DNA of 64,000 bases from Lentisphaerota bacterium (GTDB lineage Bacteria; Verrucomicrobiota; Kiritimatiellia; JAAZAB01): contig JACPGM010000053.1 in the NCBI GenBank assembly GCA_016188985.1, positions 4,290 through 68,289 on the forward strand, given 5' to 3'. Below, piece after piece: positions 27,974 to 36,245 of this stretch. Both the position numbers and the translations under genes were made by a program. The first letter of the stretch is position 1. Every line of letters starts with the position of its first letter. The notes under the pieces are model-generated. The model was not told the origin of the DNA and ran no database searches. It saw only the letters and a list, made by a program, of their open reading frames with translations.

Positions 27974-29251
27974 ATGGGGAACAACGCCCATTTTGAGCCG
28001 CCGCGCGGCATGCGGGATTTTTACCCCGAAGCTGTTGCCGCGCGCAACGCGCTGTTTGATGCCTGGACCCAATCGTCCCGCCTTTTCGGTTTCAGCCAGT
28101 ATGACGCCTGCGTAGTCGAATCGCTGGAGCTGCTTAAACGCAAGCGCGGCGACGAAATTGTCGAGCAAATCTACGCCTTCAAAGACAAGAGCAACCGGGA
28201 CCTGGCGCTGCGTCCCGAGATGACGCCCACCCTGGCCCGCCTGATTGCCGCACGGCAGGGCCAACTGGCCTTTCCCTTGAAATGGTTTGCCATTGCCCAA
28301 TGTTTCCGCTACGAGCGCATGAGCCGCGGGCGCAAGCGGGAACATTATCAATGGAATCTGGATGTGGTCGGCGAAACGGCCTTGGCTGCCGAGGTGGAAG
28401 TGCTGGCCTGCGCCGCGCACGCCCTGCGCGAGCTCGGCTTAGGCAGCGGCGATTACAAAATCCATATCAATAGTCGGGCTTTGCTGGCCGACCTGTTGAC
28501 GCATTCCGGCGTGGCCCCGGCCTTTCATCCCGCCACTTTTCTGGCCTTGGATAAACGCGGCAAACAGGAAGATGCCGATACCCTCCGGGCCCTCAAAGCA
28601 GCCGCTCTGGATGACAATGCCATCGCCGCCGTGTTCCGGATCATGGGCTTGCAATCGCTGGAGGAGGTCCGCCAATTGTTCGGTGGCGAGCAGCCCGCGC
28701 TCACCGCGCTGCAGACGCTTTTCCAGCTTTTGGCCGAGTATGGCCTGGGTGACATAGCCTGGTTTGATATTGGCATAGTGCGCGGACTGGACTACTACAC
28801 CGGCATAGTCTTCGAAGCGTTTGATGCCGAGCGGCAATTCCGGGCTATTTTTGGCGGCGGCCGGTATGACAATCTGCTCTCCGATCTCGGCGGCGCGCCC
28901 ATGACCGCCGTTGGGCTGGGATTTGGCGACGTGGTGATCGCCGAGCTGCTGGCCGAGAAGGGACGCCTGGTGGCGCAACAGACAAAGCTGGATTATGCCA
29001 TTGGCTATATGGATGATTCTCAGCGCTCCGCCGCGCTGCGCCTGGCTCAGGCTATACGCCGAACCGGACAGAGCGTGGATGTGGCTTTGCACGCGGAAAA
29101 ACCCAAGCAGTTCTTCGCGCGGGCGGGCAAGGGCGCCTTTCAGAAAGCGATCTATGTGGGCCCGGACGACGTAGCCCGCGGCACCGTCCGAATCAAAAAT
29201 CTTGATGAGCGCACGGAGGAGGAAAGGTCTTTGACCGAACTGCTGGGATGA
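27974..29251 (+). CDS. hisS: histidine--tRNA ligase
   Basis: 425 aa; class II aaRS motifs; N-terminal …PRGMRDFYPE…; HisRS motifs (…FRYERMSRGRKREHYQWNLDVVG…, …GGGRYDNLL…). Confidence 0.9.
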   Translation: MGNNAHFEPPRGMRDFYPEAVAARNALFDAWTQSSRLFGFSQYDACVVESLELLKRKRGDEIVEQIYAFKDKSNRDLALRPEMTPTLARLIAARQGQLAFPLKWFAIAQCFRYERMSRGRKREHYQWNLDVVGETALAAEVEVLACAAHALRELGLGSGDYKIHINSRALLADLLTHSGVAPAFHPATFLALDKRGKQEDADTLRALKAAALDDNAIAAVFRIMGLQSLEEVRQLFGGEQPALTALQTLFQLLAEYGLGDIAWFDIGIVRGLDYYTGIVFEAFDAERQFRAIFGGGRYDNLLSDLGGAPMTAVGLGFGDVVIAELLAEKGRLVAQQTKLDYAIGYMDDSQRSAALRLAQAIRRTGQSVDVALHAEKPKQFFARAGKGAFQKAIYVGPDDVARGTVRIKNLDERTEEERSLTELLG

Positions 29252-29387
29252 AATTGGGGGAACAAAGGACGGAAGGGACAATCAGGACAGCAATGACTTC
29301 AAGGATGGCAAGAGATCAGACTTCTGCTGGTCGCCGTCTTTGGTGTCCTTGTTGTCCCTTGAGTCCTTTCCCCACCCGGAGCAAGCC

Positions 29388-29948
29388 ATGAACGCGGGTT
29401 TCATCCCGAAACACGGCGGTTACAAAAAGTTGCTCTCCTACCAGAAGTCCGAGATTGTCTACGATGCCACGGTCTATTTCTGCGATCGTTTCATTGATAA
29501 GCGCAGTCGCACCCATGATCAGATGGTGCAGGCAGCGCGCTCCGGCAAGCAGAACATCATCGAAGGCAGTATGGCCTCCGCGACCTCCAAGGAGACCGAA
29601 ATCACGCTGACCAATGTGGCGCGCGCCAGCCTGGAGGAATTGCTGGGCGATTACCGCGATTTCCTGCGCGGGCGCGGCGTGCAGGAATGGCCGAAAGACC
29701 ACGTCTATGCGCGCCGATTGCGCGCGCTCAACAAGATACCGGATGCTACTTATGCCACCTTTAAAAAAGGCATCGAGAACCCCGACCCGGTAATTTCCGC
29801 CAATGTGATCATCGGCCTGATCCGTGTGGCCAGCTACCTGCTGGATCGGCAGATCCGGCATTTGGAGCGCGCCTTCGTCAAAGAAGGCGGCCTGCGCGAG
29901 CGCATGACCCGCGCCCGTCTCGAAGAACGAAGAAAGTCCGGATCATAA
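29388..29948 (+). CDS. four-helix-bundle protein (TIGR02436-like) with C-terminal extension
   Basis: …THDQMVQAARSGKQNIIEGS…ARASLEELLGDYRDFL… matches the conserved core of the four-helix-bundle family. Flanked by ~35-bp direct repeats (see findings). Confidence 0.45.
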   Translation: MNAGFIPKHGGYKKLLSYQKSEIVYDATVYFCDRFIDKRSRTHDQMVQAARSGKQNIIEGSMASATSKETEITLTNVARASLEELLGDYRDFLRGRGVQEWPKDHVYARRLRALNKIPDATYATFKKGIENPDPVISANVIIGLIRVASYLLDRQIRHLERAFVKEGGLRERMTRARLEERRKSGS

Positions 29949-30155
29949 GCCGCTTTAGATGCCTCAAAGGTCGGCAAATACTGCCAAGGCTCTCATGATT
30001 GCGGGGCTGTCTTTGGTGTCTTTGTTGTCCCTTTGGTCTTTTGCCGCTCAGGGTAATCGGATGGGAGTGTTAAATGGAACAATCCGGTTCGGTCTCAGGC
30101 TGACCAGGTCCCGGCACAGGTATAGATAACGCATGAAAATCTTACAAATTATTGT

Positions 30156-30190
30156 TGACTTACTTATTGATATATGTTTAACTTTGGGCC
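30156..30190 (+). promoter_or_regulatory. candidate sigma70-like promoter upstream of vapB-like gene
   Basis: ttgact (−35) – 17 bp – ttaact/tatatg (−10-like) in an AT-rich stretch immediately upstream of the 30191 start. Confidence 0.2.
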
Positions 30191-30484
30191 ATGAAAAGAA
30201 CCGGACCTAACGATTCGGTGCAGTTTTCCGTCAAAGGCCAGGTGGTCATTCCCCGCCGGCTGCGCCGGGAGTACCATATCGAGGAGGGCACGCGCGCCGT
30301 TGTCCAGGCGACTTCCGAGGGTATTCTGATCAAACCGGTGACCAGGGGTCGCATTCAGCGGTTCCGCGGCATCCTCAAGCGGAAACCGGGCGGGAAACCG
30401 TTTGCCCAGGAGTGGGCCGATCATAAGGCCGAAGAAAAAGCATTGGAGGAGGCCAAGTATGCCCGCCTCGCCGGTTCTCGATAG
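30191..30484 (+). CDS. AbrB/MazE/SpoVT-family antitoxin (VapB-like)
   Basis: 97 aa; swapped-hairpin motif SVKGQVVIPRRLRREYHIEEGTRAVV. Overlaps the downstream PIN gene. Confidence 0.65.
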   Translation: MKRTGPNDSVQFSVKGQVVIPRRLRREYHIEEGTRAVVQATSEGILIKPVTRGRIQRFRGILKRKPGGKPFAQEWADHKAEEKALEEAKYARLAGSR

Positions 30485-30863
30485 TTTTGCCCTGCTGAGT
30501 TTTCTCCGCGATGAACCTGGGGCGGAGATGGTGGCAACGCTCCTGGAAAAGGCAGAGGAGCGCAGGCACCCCCTTCAGATGACCGAGGTCAATTACGCCG
30601 AGGTCCAATATATCGTTCGCCGCAAGGATGGGGAGGCTGCCTGGCGCATTGTCGCGGACGAACTGGCGACCATGCCCATCGAATTTCGGCCGGCCGACCG
30701 TCCGCTGGCCGATCAGGCCGCCGATTTCAAGACGCGTTTCCAGCTCAGCCTGGCCGCCGCCTTTGCCGCCGCCCTGGCGAAGCTCCGCAAGGCCGTACTT
30801 GTTACCGGCGATCCCGATTTTAAACAGGTTGAGGGTGAAATCGGGATCGGCTGGCTGAAATGA
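30459..30863 (+). CDS. PIN-domain toxin (VapC-like)
   Basis: Start at MPASPVLDSFALLSFL (acidic D near N-terminus); …VTGDPDFKQVEGE… C-terminal PIN acidic residue. Pairs with the upstream antitoxin. Confidence 0.6.
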   Translation: MPASPVLDSFALLSFLRDEPGAEMVATLLEKAEERRHPLQMTEVNYAEVQYIVRRKDGEAAWRIVADELATMPIEFRPADRPLADQAADFKTRFQLSLAAAFAAALAKLRKAVLVTGDPDFKQVEGEIGIGWLK

Positions 30864-31008
30864 CCGCCATGCATTTATACGTCGGTCATGGATAATCGCA
30901 TTGCAATTATACGATAATGATGCAGATTGTCATTGTGAGGAAGCGTGTATTGGCTGAAGTGTTTTTCCCAGCCAGTGTTTACCGTGAGGATGCCGCAGAG
31001 AATTAGCC

Positions 31009-32304
31009 GTGAAAGAATGTGAAACCATAGAATTCAAGAAGAGTCTGTCAGAACTCAAGGAGGGCTTGGTCTCCATTGTGGCCATCCTGAACAAGCATGG
31101 CTCCGGTGAACTGTGGTTTGGCGTCCGCAACGACGGTGTCAGCGTTGGCCTGGATGCCACAACAAAGACCCTTCGTGATGTTTCGCAAGCGATTAGTGCG
31201 CACATTGAACCGAGGATTTTCCCGCACGTCACACTGGAATCCTGCGCCAGGGAGCTGGAGAATCTTATCCTTTCCAGGAATAGCGAGCGACTTCGCTGGG
31301 ACAACAAAGTGTGTGCTGTTTCTATCGGTGACCTGGATAAAGCCGGAATCAGGCGGTTTATCGCGCGTGCCGGACTCGTATGGGATACCCCGACAAATGC
31401 GCTGGAGAAACTCGGACTTCTTCATGCCGGAAAGCTGGTGAATGCGGCCCCGCTGTTCTTTGCGCGAAAGGCTCCGCTGCAACTGCGTTGCGCCGTTTTT
31501 CTGACGACCGAGAGTTCAACAATTATTGACCGGCATGATTTTGACGGCAACATCCTCGAACTGATAGAAGAGGCTCAACGCTACATTCTCAAAAACATCC
31601 ATATCGGCATGCGTGTCAAGGGGCTTTACCGCGAAGACGTGCCGGAAATCTCGGTTGATGCCCTGCGTGAGGCCATTATCAACGCCTTCTGCCATCGTGA
31701 TTACCGCGATCCGGATTATGTGCACGTTGCGATTTTCAAAGACCGCGTCGAAATCCGAAATCCTGGCAGGTTGTTCGGATCACTGACCTTGGACGATTTG
31801 CGCAAAGGATATGTGTCGCAACGGCGCAATCCATTGATCGCCGATCTGTTCCGCCGCATCGAGATGGTGGAAGCCTGGGGTCGCGGCATGCCGTTGATCA
31901 TCAAGAATGCTCCCGACGTCGTGTTTCGCGAAATCGGCAATCTTTTCATCGTTTCCTTCAACCGGCCATCTTATGCGGATGAATCTGGCAGGGGTGATGC
32001 GTCAAGTTCGGGAAAGGAAGTTCCGGTAAGAGGGTTCCTGAAAGAAAGTTCCGGCAAGAAGGTATCTGAAGAAGGTTCGGGAAAGAAGGTTCGGGAAAGA
32101 AGGTTCGGGAAAGATTCTGGAAAAACCGGACATCAAATACTCGATTTCCTTTCACAGCAACCCGAGATGACGGTTCCTGAACTTGCCGGGCGGCTGGGAC
32201 TAACGACTCGCGCGATTGAGAAGCAAATCGCCAAATTGCGGGATGCGAAATTACTGCTTCGCACAGGCGGACGTAAAATAGGGCGTTGGGAGGTGCAGAA
32301 ATGA
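31009..32304 (+). CDS. AlbA_2 (Schlafen-core-like) + HATPase_c_4 + C-terminal winged-HTH protein
   Basis: N-terminus ECETIEFKKSLSELKEGLVSIVAILNKHGSGELWFGVRNDGVSVGL is the AlbA_2 signature. Central …DYVHVAIFKDRVEIRNPGRL… is HATPase_c_4. C-terminus …LDFLSQQPEMTVPELAGRLGLTTRAIEKQIAKLRDAKLL… is HTH. Low-complexity linker encoded by a 14-nt tandem repeat. Confidence 0.7.
   Translation: MKECETIEFKKSLSELKEGLVSIVAILNKHGSGELWFGVRNDGVSVGLDATTKTLRDVSQAISAHIEPRIFPHVTLESCARELENLILSRNSERLRWDNKVCAVSIGDLDKAGIRRFIARAGLVWDTPTNALEKLGLLHAGKLVNAAPLFFARKAPLQLRCAVFLTTESSTIIDRHDFDGNILELIEEAQRYILKNIHIGMRVKGLYREDVPEISVDALREAIINAFCHRDYRDPDYVHVAIFKDRVEIRNPGRLFGSLTLDDLRKGYVSQRRNPLIADLFRRIEMVEAWGRGMPLIIKNAPDVVFREIGNLFIVSFNRPSYADESGRGDASSSGKEVPVRGFLKESSGKKVSEEGSGKKVRERRFGKDSGKTGHQILDFLSQQPEMTVPELAGRLGLTTRAIEKQIAKLRDAKLLLRTGGRKIGRWEVQK
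32020..32115 (+). repeat. 14-nt tandem repeat (ggttcgggaaagaa x3 plus degenerate units) inside the AlbA_2 gene linker
   Basis: gaaggttcgggaaagaaggttcgggaaagaaggttcgggaaagat. Unit length is not a multiple of 3, so successive units are read in different frames (GSGKK / VRERR / FGKDS). Confidence 0.7.
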
Positions 32305-32699
32305 CTTCCGCCGTGAAATGTGGGACAACGCGACGACGGACGGCCCGGGGGTGTCAGTTCCACGCGCTTGCGGACATCGAAAAATAAGCAGGAAACCGCT
32401 CCTGGCATTTTGACGGAGTGGATGTTCTGCCGGTGAGCGAGTTTCTGCGCCAGTTGCATCAGGGAAAGGTTTTTTGAAAAACACTAACCGAATATGTTTT
32501 GCCGCCGGAAATAAATATCCCCTTATTAAGGGCCACTGGGACAACAAAAAGCTAACTTCGCGTGAATGCACCCGGCTCCAGAGATACGAAGATTATTGGT
32601 CCAGATTCCGGCTGCGCTATATGTAAAAGTACCACAATCGCAATTCGCACTGGCAGACAGCCAGCCGTCAGAAAAACCAGTTAAAAATATGATATACAT

Positions 32700-34703
32700 G
32701 TGATGAAAACGACTTCAACCCCTCGTCTGACGCGCTCTTGGTTCGTCCGAACCATAGCTGAATTTGAGAGTGCATCTGACGATCAAGTACTTGCCGAACT
32801 GGTCAGGGGCAGTTTGTTTCCCATTCTGCAATCTCAGAGGGATGCTTGGCTCGCAGAACTGCCATTTTTGCGGAGGGCCCTGACCGGCCATACGGGAATG
32901 GTGTACCTTGAGTTCGCAATCCCGAGGATGGGGCATCGCGTTGATGCGGTCGTGTTGATAAACGGGATTGTTTTGGCAATAGAATTCAAGATCGATGCGA
33001 GGGAATACTTTCTGAGCGATGTTGACCAGGTATACGACTACGCGATCGATCTCAAATACTTCCACGAGGCCAGCCATAACCTATCGGTAGTGCCAATTCT
33101 CGTGGCATCACGGGCAAAGACCAGGTTCTTCCTGCTTGCACCACACGCGAGAGTATCTGGACTTTGTCAACCAATCTGCACGAATGCTGAGGATTTGGCA
33201 GCGACCATCAACTGTGTGATAAGCAAGTTGCCTGCGGAATGCGTTGACCCGGCCACATGGGAGGCTTCTCGTTATTGCCCAACCCCCACAATCGTTGAGG
33301 CCGCCCGCGCTCTCTACGCCGGTCATGGCGTCGCCGACATCTCGCGCAACGATGCAGGAGCCATCAATCTGAGCGAGACATCAGAACAGTTAGTGCGAAT
33401 CATTGAAACCTCGAAGTCCTTGGGCCAAAAGGCCATTTGTTTCGTCACCGGAGTGCCGGGTGCCGGGAAGACACTTGTGGGGCTTAACATTGCGACGAAG
33501 TATAACGACCCCAAGAGTGAACTTCATAGTGTGTTTCTTTCGGGGAACGGCCCTCTTGTAGCAATTCTCCGCGAAGCTCTGGCGCGAGACACCATTCAAC
33601 GCGAACGTGTTAAAGGAAACCGACTCAGGAAAGGCGACGCCATGGCACGGGTGAAGGCGTTTATCCAAAACGTACACCATTTTCGGGATGAATGTCTCCT
33701 TGATCAGTCTCGTCCGCCTGTCGATCATGTCGCGTTGTTTGATGAGGCGCAACGCGCCTGGGATCAGGAGCAGACGGCCTTGTTTATGCGCCGCAAGAAG
33801 GGGGTCACAGGCTTCAACGTATCGGAGCCAGAGTTCCTGATTTCGTGCATGGATCGGCGCAACGATTGGGCGGTGATTGTTTGCCTTGTCGGCGGAGGGC
33901 AAGAGATCAACACTGGGGAGGCCGGCATTGGGGAATGGATTGAGGCCGTGCAACGCGCATTTGGCGAGTGGCACCTGTACATCTCTCCTGCGTTAACGGA
34001 TAGCGAATATGGCGCGGGAAAACTTCTCGAAGCAATCAGGAACCGCGCTAATGTGCACTACCTGCAGGAACTTCATCTTGGCGTCTCAATGCGCTCATTT
34101 CGAGCCGAAAAGGTTTCGGCCTTCGTCAAGATGGTTTTGGATTTCGAAATTACCCGAGCGCGGGATCTATTGCAGGAGTTTGAGGGTCGCTATCCCATCG
34201 TGTTGACCCGCAATTTGGACCTCGCAAGACAATGGTTGCGCGATCAAGCCAGTGGAAACGAGCGGTTTGGGATTGTTGTATCATCGCAGGCAGAGCGATT
34301 GAAACCATATGCCATTGATGTTCGAACGCCTGTGAATCCTGTGAAGTGGTTTCTCGATGGAAAAGACGATGTGCGGTCATCGTACTACCTTGAAGATGTT
34401 GCGACCGAATTTCATGTACAAGGGCTTGAGCTCGACTGGGTGTGCGTATCGTGGGACGGCGATTTTCGCTACAACGAACACGGCTGGCAGCACCTCTCAT
34501 TTCGCGGCACCAAGTGGCAGCGCATCAACAAGGCTTCCAGAAAAAACTACCTCAAGAATGCCTATCGTGTCCTACTCACACGGGCGCGTCAGGGAATGGT
34601 GATATTCATTCCTGAAGGAAGTTCAACTGATCCAACAAGGCATCCGAGTTACTATGACTCGACTTTTGCCTACTTGCGGTCAATTGGGCTGCGCGAGTTG
34701 TAG
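32700..34703 (+). CDS. DUF2075 (Schlafen C-terminal helicase-like) P-loop ATPase with N-terminal PD-(D/E)xK nuclease-like domain
   Basis: N-terminal …GHRVDAVVLINGIVLAIEFKID… (D…E-x-K). Walker A AICFVTGVPGAGKTLVGLN; Walker B-like …HVALFDEAQRAWD…; 667 aa typical of DUF2075. Confidence 0.7.
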   Translation: MMKTTSTPRLTRSWFVRTIAEFESASDDQVLAELVRGSLFPILQSQRDAWLAELPFLRRALTGHTGMVYLEFAIPRMGHRVDAVVLINGIVLAIEFKIDAREYFLSDVDQVYDYAIDLKYFHEASHNLSVVPILVASRAKTRFFLLAPHARVSGLCQPICTNAEDLAATINCVISKLPAECVDPATWEASRYCPTPTIVEAARALYAGHGVADISRNDAGAINLSETSEQLVRIIETSKSLGQKAICFVTGVPGAGKTLVGLNIATKYNDPKSELHSVFLSGNGPLVAILREALARDTIQRERVKGNRLRKGDAMARVKAFIQNVHHFRDECLLDQSRPPVDHVALFDEAQRAWDQEQTALFMRRKKGVTGFNVSEPEFLISCMDRRNDWAVIVCLVGGGQEINTGEAGIGEWIEAVQRAFGEWHLYISPALTDSEYGAGKLLEAIRNRANVHYLQELHLGVSMRSFRAEKVSAFVKMVLDFEITRARDLLQEFEGRYPIVLTRNLDLARQWLRDQASGNERFGIVVSSQAERLKPYAIDVRTPVNPVKWFLDGKDDVRSSYYLEDVATEFHVQGLELDWVCVSWDGDFRYNEHGWQHLSFRGTKWQRINKASRKNYLKNAYRVLLTRARQGMVIFIPEGSSTDPTRHPSYYDSTFAYLRSIGLREL

Positions 34704-34861
34704 ACCGCTAATGCTTGCATCCATCTGACGTAACCGCTTCCCGACGCGGAGACATTCTTGCCGTCGGCGAAGGACAGGTTTTCCACATCGAGAGTTCCTT
34801 CGATTCCCTTAGCCGTATCGGATCCATCATGCAGATACAGGAGACGCAGAAAGAGGGGGAT

Positions 34862-35080
34862 ATGCCTATGGAGTTTTCCCCGGAAGGCGACAAGATTGTC
34901 ATCTTTCTGTCCAAGAGCGATTTTGCGGAATCATGCCCGGCAGGTTATTTCGATGTAAAACAAAACGGAACCCCATGCGGTGAAGCAGGGCACGCACCAG
35001 CCTTTCGGGTTTTGTGTCTTTACACCGAATGCGGCTCATGTTCCAACTGCGTTGCTGTGGCGTTAAAATATCAATCATAG
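34862..35080 (+). CDS. small Cys-rich hypothetical protein (72 aa)
   Basis: ATG preceded by strong RBS aaagaggggga; C-terminal …YTECGSCSNC… Could be non-coding. Confidence 0.25.
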   Translation: MPMEFSPEGDKIVIFLSKSDFAESCPAGYFDVKQNGTPCGEAGHAPAFRVLCLYTECGSCSNCVAVALKYQS

Positions 35081-35463
35081 CGTCATTGCCTCTATTTGCT
35101 CTCCACTGTTGAGTAGACGATTTATCAAGGGAGGCTTGCGATCATCATTAAAGCCGGGACGTCAAGAGGCTCGAAGCGGACAAGTCTATTTCTGTTCTGT
35201 GCCTGCGCCGCTTGCATGTTCACAGCGGTTTTGAATGTATCAGGGCATATCCGGAAAAGCCAGTTGAAATCCACATAAATCCTCCTACGCCCAACGTCAG
35301 GCTATGAAGGACGGGACGGAGGGCGGAATGACGTACGCCGGACGCCGGCCGGAGTGTCCTCATCCGTCGCTCCAAGAGCTATGGATGGCAGGCAGGGAAC
35401 TTTTCATTGTTTTAATATGTAGATAGTTGTTGACAAGTCCCTACATTATGAAACACTGCCGTC

Positions 35464-36069
35464 ATGAGCACTAAGGCAAAATCTATTCTGGAACTCGCTC
35501 GGTATAAAGGGTTCATCAGGGCGCGCGACCTTATTCAGCACGCGATTCCAACTGTGTATCTTGGACGACTGACCCACTTGGGTCTGCTGGAGCGCGTTAG
35601 CCGCGGGCTGTATCGCCTGCCGGATTCTGAAGTGACGGAGCACTATTCACTGGCAGAGGTGGCCGCCAAGGTGCCGGGCGGGGTGGTTTGTCTGCTTTCG
35701 GCGCTCAACTTCCATATTATTGGCACACAACAGCCGCACGAGGTATGGCTGGCAATCCCGGAGAAGGCGCGCCAACCACGACTGAAAAGTCCGCGCCTGC
35801 GCCTATTCCGCTTCTCCAAGTCGGCCTTCACGGAGGGCGTAGAGACTCACGTTATCCAAGGGATACCGGTGAAGGTGTATAGCCCGGCCAAGACTGTAGC
35901 CGACTGCTTCAAGTATCGAAATAAAATCGGACTGGATGTAGCCATGGAAGCGCTCCGGGAAAGTCTGCGGTCCCGTAAGTGCACGCGGGAGGACATTCAT
36001 CGTTATGCCCGGATATGCCGGGTGTGGAATGTCATGCGGCCCTACCTGGAAATGGAGGCTTCGTCGTGA
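35464..36069 (+). CDS. AbiEi-family antitoxin / transcriptional regulator (type IV TA), apparently orphan
   Basis: N-terminal wHTH …ILELARYKGFIRARDLIQHAIPTVYLGRLTHLGLLERVSRGLYRL… and C-terminal AbiEi_4/DUF4095-like region. No AbiEii nucleotidyltransferase gene follows. Confidence 0.65.
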   Translation: MSTKAKSILELARYKGFIRARDLIQHAIPTVYLGRLTHLGLLERVSRGLYRLPDSEVTEHYSLAEVAAKVPGGVVCLLSALNFHIIGTQQPHEVWLAIPEKARQPRLKSPRLRLFRFSKSAFTEGVETHVIQGIPVKVYSPAKTVADCFKYRNKIGLDVAMEALRESLRSRKCTREDIHRYARICRVWNVMRPYLEMEASS

Positions 36070-36245
36070 CTCGCGCACAACCCGTGAATGATTCAACGAT
36101 AGAGCCCAGGAGGCGCAAATAACGAACAAGCCTATTTCTGGGCCTGCGCGCCCGGAATGGTGTCCCACCTTCGTCTAAAGGGCTTCCACCGTCGCCCCTT
36201 CGACTTCGCTCAGGGCTTCGCAGGGCAGGCTGGTGTCTCCCTTCC

